DNA of 28,991 bases, from IMG/VR virus record IMGVR_UViG_3300011334_000366, positions 1 to 28,991 of that record; one strand, given 5' to 3'. Shown here piece by piece: positions 1-6,278 of the stretch. The notes beneath the pieces are model-generated. The model was not told the origin of the DNA. It ran no database searches and saw only the letters and a list, made by a program, of their open reading frames with translations. Origin of the DNA: a virus (taxonomy: Duplodnaviria; Caudoviricetes). Both the position numbers and the translations under genes were made by a program. The stretch's first letter is position 1, and the number at the start of each line of letters is the position of its first letter.

Positions 1-24
1 AGGTCCTGATCCGTGGGGTTGTTC
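1..24 (+). mobile_element. Right half of an attC-like site (attC0), truncated by the window edge
   Basis: CCTG-ATCCGTGGG(9 nt)-GTTGTTC has the same L'-spacer-GTT geometry as the right arm of the complete site at 217-306. The left arm would lie outside the window. Confidence 0.5.
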
Positions 25-44
25 CCAAGGAAGTCTTGCACGAT

Positions 45-206
45 TTAACGCGCTTCGTCTTCGTGGTAGTTTTCCATGTCGCAAGAGAAGATGTCCACAT
101 ACCCAGTCTCCACGGTGCCACGGTGTCCTGCGTGGTATCCGCTGTTGTAGAGGCGCATCGCCATTCTCAGTAGTGCGCTTGGTTGGTCGTCTTGGGGGTC
201 ATTCAT
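45..206 (-). CDS. Small hypothetical protein (53 aa), possibly truncated by a premature stop
   Basis: Not in the ORF track; translated by hand as MNDPQDDQPSALLRMAMRLYNSGYHAGHRGTVETGYVDIFSCDMENYHEDEAR*. The frame stays open after the TAA (IVQDFLGNNPTDQD) into attC0. Confidence 0.55.
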   Translation of the reverse strand: MNDPQDDQPSALLRMAMRLYNSGYHAGHRGTVETGYVDIFSCDMENYHEDEAR

Positions 207-216
207 AATTCAAAGA

Positions 217-306
217 GGCTAACAATAAAAATGCAGGCAACCGCCGAAGGCAGTCTGCGAGTTGAATTACGCCATCGGCGGCGGTGTCTGATTTTTGACG
301 TTAGCC
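217..306 (+). mobile_element. Integron attC-like site (attC1)
   Basis: R'' GGCTAAC (217-223) and R' GTTAGCC (300-306). Arms AAAAAT-[G233]-CAGGCA-[A240]-CCGCCG pair with CGGCGG-TGTCTG-ATTTTT (one G:T), leaving two extrahelical bases 6 bp apart. Confidence 0.8.
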
Positions 307-509
307 GACTCGCGTTGCCAGACGGATACGGCTATTTCTTCCATCTCGCGGGCGGCATCTTCCGCCGTGATTGCTCCGTGGTGATACCATCGCGTATGCA
401 CAGCCTTGATGTCCCGCAGTGCTTGCTCTCGAATCTCCAACCGTCGGCTAACATCTGCGTGCAGCGAACGGCGGGCCTCTGGTTGCTCTGAGTTTGTCGT
501 GTTGTCCAT
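267..509 (-). CDS. Hypothetical cassette protein (80 aa)
   Basis: ATG lies in the loop of attC2 and the stop in the loop of attC1. It starts 5 nt after the RecT-like stop codon. Confidence 0.7.
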   Translation of the reverse strand: MDNTTNSEQPEARRSLHADVSRRLEIREQALRDIKAVHTRWYHHGAITAEDAAREMEEIAVSVWQRESANVKNQTPPPMA

Positions 510-551
510 AGTCTTTAGTGGTTCGCGCCGTCGCTGACGCAGGCGTGCGCT
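446..551 (+). mobile_element. Integron attC-like site (attC2) with a damaged R' end
   Basis: GGCTAAC-ATCTGCGT-[G461]-CAGCGA-[A468]-CGGCG pairs with CGCCG-TCGCTG-ACGCAG (526-542). GTG is found where GTT is expected. Confidence 0.75.
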
Positions 552-1477
552 CCGCCCGCGTTGTCGGCGTGGTATCTCACCTTGTCGGTAGGCTTCATGG
601 CTTCGAGTTGCGTCTTCATGGTTAGGACAGTGCGAAGCTCAATCTCCGTGCAATCGTCGGGATTGTTTCGCGCATCATCAAGAACGCCGTTGTCTAGTAG
701 CGCGCCGTTGATCGCCGTCCACTTCGTCTTGCTTGCGGTTAGCCATGTCTTCACGGCATCTAGCGCGGAGACTTCCGCCTCTTGAAATAATGATGGAGCC
801 TCATTTTGAATTACCACTTGCTGCGAAAGCTCAGCTTGTGGCGAGGCTCCATTCAACGCAGATGGCTGCGGAGATTGGAAAAGTTTTGATGCGCTGGCGG
901 ATGGCGTTACGTCGCGCATTGGCAGGTCTTGTGCCTCTTCCGCTGTCATCATACCCAACGTGATGTCTGGCGCGTAGAGACGGGCAAAGAACGCAGCAGC
1001 GCGGTATCTAAGCATCAGCTCAGGCATCGTGATCCACTTGCTGCCTGCCTTAGTGCTCCAGCCCTCGGCTTTCGCCATTTCTAGCGTGATCTTTGGACCT
1101 TCCAGCGTGGTGCCGTCTGGCTTGCTTTTAGTCCATGCGATACATGCGCGGTTAGGCTTGCCCTCATCTCCGCTCATGGCGAATTGCAGCGGCTCAAAGC
1201 GTCCGGCTGCATTGACCATCGCAATCAGGAACGTGGCGCGAAATGATGGTCGCCCGTGGATAATGTCGATGTTTTGCAAGACCATGAACGGGTCCGCGCC
1301 GAGTCGTTTGGCGATGTTGATGCCGATGGCACAGTTGGCAATGTTGCCCTGAAACTCTTTGGGAACGAGCGAGCTAGATGCAAACATCTTGGCTTGGCGC
1401 TGTAGCATTTCAAAAGCTGCACTTTCGCGCGCAATCTGGGAGTCTGTAATTTCGGTAGTGGTGATTTGTGTGCTCAT
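515..1477 (-). CDS. recT: RecT/Redbeta-like single-strand annealing recombinase
   Basis: Motifs SSLVPKEFQG, LGADPFMVLQNIDIIHGRP and KWITMPELMLRYRAAAFFARLYAPD. Start reassigned to ATG 1477 (MSTQITT), after an AC-rich leader and clear of the upstream gene. Confidence 0.8.
   Translation of the reverse strand: MSTQITTTEITDSQIARESAAFEMLQRQAKMFASSSLVPKEFQGNIANCAIGINIAKRLGADPFMVLQNIDIIHGRPSFRATFLIAMVNAAGRFEPLQFAMSGDEGKPNRACIAWTKSKPDGTTLEGPKITLEMAKAEGWSTKAGSKWITMPELMLRYRAAAFFARLYAPDITLGMMTAEEAQDLPMRDVTPSASASKLFQSPQPSALNGASPQAELSQQVVIQNEAPSLFQEAEVSALDAVKTWLTASKTKWTAINGALLDNGVLDDARNNPDDCTEIELRTVLTMKTQLEAMKPTDKVRYHADNAGGAHACVSDGANH
556..593 (+). mobile_element. Possible orphan right arm of an attC-like site (attC3 remnant)
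   Basis: CGGCGTGGTATCTCACCTTGTCGGTAGGC ends in a degenerate R' (GGTAGGC vs GTTAGGC). No matching left arm is visible; it abuts attC2. Confidence 0.35.
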
Positions 1478-1502
1478 TTTCGTTGTGTGTGTGTTGTTGT
1501 GT

Positions 1503-1847
1503 TTACTTCCCTGCCTTGATGTCTGCGCGGTTCTGAGCCGCTGTCGTTTTGTGCTCATACTGAGCGTCGATGTAGAGTTCCTGCGCCTGATCTTCGCATT
1601 CGTTCCACGCCGATCCTGTGACGATTTCAGTGATGTCTGTGCCGCCAGCAAAGATGCCAAGCACGTTGCCTTTCTTGTGCTCGAAAAACACGCCTGGAAC
1701 GCCGCGCATTGCGTCAAGACTGCTGCCATAGCTAATCTCTGGTGTGTTGCCTCCCAAATCCGTCACGTCAATAAGCGCGGCGATTGCGTTAGCCATAGCC
1801 AGCAGTTGCTCTGGCAGGTCGTTGATATTGGTTCCGTTGATTTTCAT
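1503..1847 (-). CDS. Hypothetical protein (114 aa)
   Basis: ATG at 1847 (MKINGTNIND) follows an AC-rich leader and a promoter-like sequence. Confidence 0.7.
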   Translation of the reverse strand: MKINGTNINDLPEQLLAMANAIAALIDVTDLGGNTPEISYGSSLDAMRGVPGVFFEHKKGNVLGIFAGGTDITEIVTGSAWNECEDQAQELYIDAQYEHKTTAAQNRADIKAGK

Positions 1848-1862
1848 AATGTTGTGTGTGTT

Positions 1863-1891
1863 ATTCTGTTTCAAATTTCTTATCCTGACAA
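1863..1891 (-). promoter_or_regulatory. Sigma70-like promoter
   Basis: Minus strand reads TTGTCA-17 nt-CAGAAT just upstream of ATG 1847. Confidence 0.5.
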
Positions 1892-1976
1892 TCCTGCCAG
1901 CCCTTGTTGTAGGCCGATCGGCGAATGTGATGAATGAGGCGATCCTCAATAATGCCCTGCCGCCAAATGAAGCAGG

Positions 1977-2006
1977 TAAAAGCGGCGGTCGCAAATAGCG
2001 AGCCGC
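1977..2006 (-). terminator. Possible intrinsic terminator after the RHH gene
   Basis: GC-rich hairpin GCGGCTCGC-TATTT-GCGACCGC followed by CGCTTTT. Confidence 0.35.
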
Positions 2007-2033
2007 AAAGAAGGCACAAGATATTTTCCATGC

Positions 2034-2231
2034 TCATTTTGCAGCTCCTTTCTTTGGAGCTTTGTGCTTAAGCAGCGCGGCCATGCGCTCTGATGGTTGG
2101 TTAAGAAGGGCTGGCAGCGCTTCGTGCAGGAGCTGTCCTGCCATGCTGCGACTCTGGAAAGCAGCGGTTTTCTGAATGCGCTCATACACTTCTGGGTGCG
2201 AGCTTAAATCAATGGTGATGCGTGTCTTCAT
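2034..2231 (-). CDS. Arc/MetJ-like ribbon-helix-helix DNA-binding protein
   Basis: MKTRITIDL (alternating beta strand), PEVYERIQKTAAFQ (helix), SRSMAGQLLHEAL (RS turn plus helix), and a basic tail. Confidence 0.7.
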   Translation of the reverse strand: MKTRITIDLSSHPEVYERIQKTAAFQSRSMAGQLLHEALPALLNQPSERMAALLKHKAPKKGAAK

Positions 2232-2232
2232 G

Positions 2233-2460
2233 TTAATTGTTCAAATATTGTTGCTGTGCGTCTTGGACCTCGTTGGTAGGTAGCTTAAGCCACTCGCCCT
2301 CGTCATCAGTGTATTCGATGATGGTTGGAATGTAGCTATTCGGCCCGTTATACTTGCGGACTTGGTTGGAAAACTTGTCTTGTGCAATAACTGCTGCCTT
2401 GAGTGAGCGATGATTGCTCACACTGCGACGGTTAAAGGTATCGTAGATGCGGTATTTCAT
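2233..2460 (-). CDS. Hypothetical early protein (75 aa)
   Basis: ATG at 2460 (MKYRIYDTFNRR) after an AC-rich leader; tightly packed against the RHH gene. Confidence 0.7.
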   Translation of the reverse strand: MKYRIYDTFNRRSVSNHRSLKAAVIAQDKFSNQVRKYNGPNSYIPTIIEYTDDEGEWLKLPTNEVQDAQQQYLNN

Positions 2461-2492
2461 ATTCGTGTTGTGTTTGGTTTCGACTACCCAGG

Positions 2493-2521
2493 ATAGAACC
2501 ACACGTCCTGACCATCGTCAA
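2493..2521 (-). promoter_or_regulatory. Putative early promoter
   Basis: TTGACG-17 nt-TTCTAT with an AT-rich upstream tract. The -35 match is good and the -10 match is weak. Confidence 0.45.
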
Positions 2522-2550
2522 ACACATTCTGCGCATTTTGTGCAAAATAA

Positions 2551-2865
2551 TCATAAATGCAAACAATTGGCAACTAGCTTACTGTTCTGTGTTTGCGTGA
2601 TGAACGACTTCACTTCTGCGATGGCATCAGCATCCTCGTGCTTCGACCATAAGTAATCGCTGCCCCATTGAGCTTTGCGGTCCTCATATTCTGCCCACAG
2701 GACAGCGAGCATTTTATCTCTCGCCGCCAGTTGTCGGGCGATGTCACTCTTAGCGTGCAGTGATTCAGATGTCATCGCGCAGACGTGGCGGATGTAGTGC
2801 TCCCCGAGGCTTTCGGAGTCTTGGGCCGGATACACAGAACCAGCGGCTGGAGAGGAACGGCTCAT
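2551..2865 (-). CDS. Hypothetical cassette protein (104 aa)
   Basis: ATG lies in the attC4 loop. The core HYIRHVCAMTSESLHAKSDIARQLAARD resembles a small phage hypothetical family (recalled, not searched). Confidence 0.7.
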   Translation of the reverse strand: MSRSSPAAGSVYPAQDSESLGEHYIRHVCAMTSESLHAKSDIARQLAARDKMLAVLWAEYEDRKAQWGSDYLWSKHEDADAIAEVKSFITQTQNSKLVANCLHL

Positions 2866-2919
2866 AGCGTTTTGTTGGTGTTTTCGAGGTCGAGCGTTCG
2901 CCGTCCCTCATCCTTACTG
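2585..2919 (+). mobile_element. Integron-like gene cassette inserted at the end of the amidase gene
   Basis: Starts at G^TTCTGTGT (2584-2592), the exact reverse complement of ACACAGAAC (2832-2840) at the attC4 R''. Ends at G^TTATAC (2919). Confidence 0.7.
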
Positions 2920-2925
2920 TTATAC
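2834..2925 (+). mobile_element. Integron attC-like site (attC4)
   Basis: ACAGAAC-CAGCGGCT-[G]-GAG-[A]-GGA-[A]-CGGC ... GCCG-TCC-CTC-ATCCTTACT(9 nt)-GTTATAC. Confidence 0.7.
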
Positions 2926-3495
2926 AGCGCCCTTAAAGCCACAAGCCTCGCGCAGTTTAACCATTGGAAAAGCTGGCCCTGGATCATTCTTTCGGTTAGG
3001 CGCGCAGTCTTCATGACCGATGATGTCATCGAGCTTGTAGTGAGCTACAAGCGCCTTTGCCACCTCTTCCAACGCTGCGATTTGCGCCGGTGGGTATGCT
3101 TCCCACTTTTGCACCGGCCCACCGTTTTTGTGCGCGGCCTTGACCAATGGTAGCTTGCTCCACCGTTTTGCCAGCGCTGCATTGTCACCGGCATTAGCCA
3201 GCTCGATGCCAATAGAGCAGGCGTTTAGACCATCAAAGCCTTTCCACTTGCTCTTGCCTGCGTGACCACACGTTCGGTTAAACGCACGGCATTGATACAC
3301 CTTGCCGTCTCGATCAATGACGATGTGAGCGCTCGCACCATTTGCCTCAAGTGAGCGCCAAAAATTGATGCTGCTGATTGCTGTCGCGCCAGATGTGAAA
3401 TGGATGACGAGAAACCGACGCACCGGCATTGGAGCACCGCCAGGAATCAGCTCGTAGTTTGCGCGGTTGAGGAAATGTTTATCAGTGATTGTCAT
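2920..3495 (-). CDS. N-acetylmuramoyl-L-alanine amidase (Amidase_2/AmpD-like endolysin)
   Basis: Zn-amidase motifs VIHFT, ASAHIVIDRDG, HAGKS, SIGIEL and GHED..PNRKNDPG. Start set at ATG 3495. Confidence 0.92.
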   Translation of the reverse strand: MTITDKHFLNRANYELIPGGAPMPVRRFLVIHFTSGATAISSINFWRSLEANGASAHIVIDRDGKVYQCRAFNRTCGHAGKSKWKGFDGLNACSIGIELANAGDNAALAKRWSKLPLVKAAHKNGGPVQKWEAYPPAQIAALEEVAKALVAHYKLDDIIGHEDCAPNRKNDPGPAFPMVKLREACGFKGAV

Positions 3496-3610
3496 TTTGA
3501 TTTTGCTCCTGTTCACGTTCCGCCGCCCTGTCGCAGCTTATAAATAGCGCAATAACGCCGAGCGCACCGACTGCAAGGAATGCGAATACAATGCCGAAAA
3601 AAGTCATCAT
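3482..3610 (-). CDS. Small membrane protein (42 aa), possibly lysis-associated
   Basis: MMTFFGIVFAFLAVGALGVIALFISC is a single hydrophobic segment; ATGA overlap with the upstream gene. Confidence 0.6.
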   Translation of the reverse strand: MMTFFGIVFAFLAVGALGVIALFISCDRAAEREQEQNQNDNH

Positions 3611-4368
3611 GGTCGGTCGTCGTCCAGCTTGTTGTGGTGTTGCGCGTCCATGAGAATATTCACACACGCGCCGATGTGGGCGAGATGCGACTGCCCGCTT
3701 TCCTTGTCGGTGTCTTCCCGCTCATGCCAAGCGGCTAAGTGGCGATGGATTGCAGAGATGTAAGTCGAGGCACACACGCGAGTCTTGCGCCAGTTCCAAG
3801 GTCCATACTTCTTGTTACCGAGTCCATGCACCCAAGCGACTGCGCGGAGAGCAACGGGAGGCAGCAGCCACATCGGCGCTTTAGTCTTGCCAATCTCGCC
3901 CTTCGGATCGGTGCCGATTGGAGCGACTGTTGATGCTGGCTCGCGATTGAGCAGGTCGCGGCATGCTTGGCCGATTGCCCCGCCCCATTGTGCCAACTCC
4001 TCAAGACTGCGGTCCGGCGTTGGCGGAACAAGCGCAGGCGTGCCGCTTGGCACCTCCTCAAAATGCACAGGAATCCCGCGCCATTCGGCAAGCGCGACCT
4101 CTGCCGATGCGCCTTTGCTTTGCTCCCATCCTGCCAGCGCGTAGAGCGCGTCAACGTGCATCACTGCGTCAATGTCACGACGCATTGCATCGCGTAAAAA
4201 CTCCGGCGTGACGATGCCGTCATCAGGATCAAAACCAAGATCACGATCCATGTCGGCGGGGCTAATCACATTCCAGTCGCGTTCCAGGTAGTCGCGCGCA
4301 GCGTCAAAGGCTGGAAAGTTGAACTCTGGATAGCCCGTCATCGGGCCAGCAATGTAGATCGAGCGCAT
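3607..4368 (-). CDS. Fusion of DUF4406 (nucleoside deoxyribosyltransferase-like) and DUF5664-type dATP/dGTP diphosphohydrolase domains
   Basis: N-terminus IYIAGPMTG..FNFPAF..GWEQSKGASAE; C-terminus GNKKYGPWNWRK..HLAAW..DKESGQSHLAH; Pro-rich linker between them. Confidence 0.82.
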   Translation of the reverse strand: MRSIYIAGPMTGYPEFNFPAFDAARDYLERDWNVISPADMDRDLGFDPDDGIVTPEFLRDAMRRDIDAVMHVDALYALAGWEQSKGASAEVALAEWRGIPVHFEEVPSGTPALVPPTPDRSLEELAQWGGAIGQACRDLLNREPASTVAPIGTDPKGEIGKTKAPMWLLPPVALRAVAWVHGLGNKKYGPWNWRKTRVCASTYISAIHRHLAAWHEREDTDKESGQSHLAHIGACVNILMDAQHHNKLDDDRP

Positions 4369-5351
4369 TAGTAAACCCTCCCGTTAATGATTTTGTGATT
4401 CGTGACCTCGTAGTTGCCATCGGCTTGAGTTTCCACCCAAACGAATCCATGATTCCAGCGATTAACGATGGCGTAATCAGGCGAGAGGTCGCAAAGGCAA
4501 CCAGTGCTCCAGCATGACGAGAGCTTTTTGTTAAGCCCTGTGCTTTCGGTGTGCTCGCTAGTGCGGTGCCAGTGCCCGCAAATCAACGACTCTTGCACAC
4601 GCATCCAAATGCCACGCGCAGGATTGACGGGTGACGACATGCCCTGTGGCAGTTCGTGTCCGTGGTAGATTGGCAGGTTGCCTAACCGAATGAGCGTCAG
4701 AGATGGGACAAGCTCAATCTGTAGCTCATCGAACTTGAGCAACACGGGAAGCTCAAAGTCAGACACGCCAAGAAGCACTGGCGCATTCTTAACCAAAAAC
4801 ATTTCCATGCGTGCCTCATGGTTGCCGATCTTGTAGAGGATTCGAGCCTTCGGAAACTGAGCGCGAAGGTGGAAAAGGAACTGGCGGATCGCGTCTAACT
4901 CGTCGGATAGCGAGCGGCGCGGGTCTTTATCGTGACGGCTTACTCCATAGAAATCGCCGATGTCGCCATTCAGAATAACCACATCCGGCTTCTTCTTTTT
5001 GCCGTGTGCGATGGCGGCAGCAACGGCAACCTCATCGTGATACGGAATGTGGATGTCTGATAGAATCAGCACCTTCAATGCACCGTCGAGAACGACTGGC
5101 TTGCGTGAGGTAGCCTGAGTTTTTGGCATAATGTTCTTCTGCCAGCCGAGCGGCTTGAATGCCGATTTATCGACAATATACTTTTTCTGCTTGGCTCCCG
5201 ATGCTCCCCGCGCAAGACGCACTGTGTTTCTCGCATTCTCTAGCGACGGAAACACCTTCGGATTTTCCTTGAACATCACACGTGCAAGCGTGCGGTTTTC
5301 CACGTCGGGAAAGCGTGCGATAAATTCTCTAGCGATTTCTGTCTTAGTCAT
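4368..5351 (-). CDS. Calcineurin-like metallophosphoesterase
   Basis: All five motifs are present: SDIH, GDIGD, GNHE, HGH, GHWH. Start set at ATG 5351 (MTKTEIAREF). Confidence 0.9.
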   Translation of the reverse strand: MTKTEIAREFIARFPDVENRTLARVMFKENPKVFPSLENARNTVRLARGASGAKQKKYIVDKSAFKPLGWQKNIMPKTQATSRKPVVLDGALKVLILSDIHIPYHDEVAVAAAIAHGKKKKPDVVILNGDIGDFYGVSRHDKDPRRSLSDELDAIRQFLFHLRAQFPKARILYKIGNHEARMEMFLVKNAPVLLGVSDFELPVLLKFDELQIELVPSLTLIRLGNLPIYHGHELPQGMSSPVNPARGIWMRVQESLICGHWHRTSEHTESTGLNKKLSSCWSTGCLCDLSPDYAIVNRWNHGFVWVETQADGNYEVTNHKIINGRVY

Positions 5352-5359
5352 GTGGTTTG

Positions 5360-5602
5360 TTAGCTGTCGGTTTTTCTGTATCCCTGCTTCCAGAGCGCGT
5401 GGCCCATGATGCGGCCCGCGTGTAAAACTTGCGCCTCGCTCCAATCGGGAGCAAGATGATGAAGAATTTCATGGCAGACAACCTCAAGGCGTTTCTTTCC
5501 CTTCAGCCGTGAGTCGATCTCAATCGTGCCATCGCTCCAGCAAAGCCCATGAGCGCCATGTTTGCCAAGTTTGCGCTCTGTTATGGTCGGCGGCTTCGGC
5601 AT
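5360..5602 (-). CDS. Small zincin-like metallopeptidase domain protein
   Basis: HEILH (HExxH) preceded by GLC..GTIEID. Start set at ATG 5602. Confidence 0.72.
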   Translation of the reverse strand: MPKPPTITERKLGKHGAHGLCWSDGTIEIDSRLKGKKRLEVVCHEILHHLAPDWSEAQVLHAGRIMGHALWKQGYRKTDS

Positions 5603-5610
5603 GGGTAGAA

Positions 5611-5859
5611 TCACTGTGCCCTGCCAATGGTTAGAGCGCGGGTAAATGCTGCCTGTGAATAAAGTTTCTCGCCTGTGGCTTTCCAACGTCCTTCAAGAAA
5701 CTGATACTCTGTGCCTTCAACGCTTGTCATCGAGGTCGGCGTGTAAAGTGCTGATGAGTTTAGTGAGGACTCTGCGCTCTTTGTCGAGAGCTTCGATTTG
5801 CAGGAGATTAGACTCAGTAGCGCCAATAGACAGATGGAGCATTTCACGATCAATTTCAT
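5611..5859 (-). CDS. Lipoprotein, candidate o-spanin (Rz1-like)
   Basis: Basic N-terminus, hydrophobic core and LISC lipobox; overlaps the upstream gene out of frame within the lysis region. Confidence 0.6.
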   Translation of the reverse strand: MKLIVKCSICLLALLSLISCKSKLSTKSAESSLNSSALYTPTSMTSVEGTEYQFLEGRWKATGEKLYSQAAFTRALTIGRAQ

Positions 5860-5941
5860 GCAGTCGTTGGAAAGGTTTTGATGCGTTCACCGCTAGCCAA
5901 ACTCTCAAGGCTAGCTTGATGAGTTCAACGATTCCGATCAT
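5717..5941 (-). CDS. Candidate i-spanin (Rz-like) or small membrane protein
   Basis: Hydrophobic N-terminus followed by a helical charged region; ATGA-coupled to the holin-like gene. Confidence 0.5.
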   Translation of the reverse strand: MIGIVELIKLALRVWLAVNASKPFQRLHEIDREMLHLSIGATESNLLQIEALDKERRVLTKLISTLHADLDDKR

Positions 5942-6114
5942 ACACCTGTCTTGTCACCGTCTTTAGCAGCCACTAGTCCAAGGCTAACTAACAAACCAAC
6001 AACCGTTGCCAGTTCGTCAGCGTATTGTGGTAGCCAAGTAGCCGTGATGATAGCAGCAATGCTAACAACACCAGCGAGAGTCGTTTTCCAGTTCTTGAGT
6101 AGGTAGGTTTTCAT
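5938..6114 (-). CDS. Holin-like membrane protein (58 aa)
   Basis: Not in the ORF track: MKTYLLKNWKTTLAGVVSIAAIITATWLPQYADELATVVGLLVSLGLVAAKDGDKTGV. Two TM segments; ATGA overlaps on both sides. Confidence 0.75.
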   Translation of the reverse strand: MKTYLLKNWKTTLAGVVSIAAIITATWLPQYADELATVVGLLVSLGLVAAKDGDKTGV

Positions 6115-6278
6115 TTGCGTAGATTACGGATTGCGGAGATACAGCCAAGGACACCTGCAAGAGTTCCGACTGCTAGAGATGAAAGTTTCAACCACATCTC
6201 CATGTCAGCGTGAGTCGCTAGTGAACTTAGAATAGCTAGGATGCTACCGACGAATGGAGTAAAGTGGTTGTCGTTCAT
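6111..6278 (-). CDS. Holin-like membrane protein (55 aa)
   Basis: Not in the ORF track: MNDNHFTPFVGSILAILSSLATHADMEMWLKLSSLAVGTLAGVLGCISAIRNLRK. Two hydrophobic segments and a basic C-tail. Confidence 0.7.
   Translation of the reverse strand: MNDNHFTPFVGSILAILSSLATHADMEMWLKLSSLAVGTLAGVLGCISAIRNLRK

Noticed and set aside
183-491. Plus-strand 102-aa ORF as a conventionally oriented cassette gene
   Set aside because: It has a TTG start, spans attC1 rather than lying between sites, and opposes the operon direction.
217-551. The hairpins interpreted as terminators, REP elements or CRISPR repeats
   Set aside because: Their sequences differ from one another while AAC/GTT ends and bulge geometry are shared. 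There is no repeat-spacer periodicity, and they overlap coding ends.
1478-1729. 84-aa N-terminal extension of RecT in the ORF track
   Set aside because: It overlaps the 1503-1847 gene, and ATG 1477 has the typical leader.
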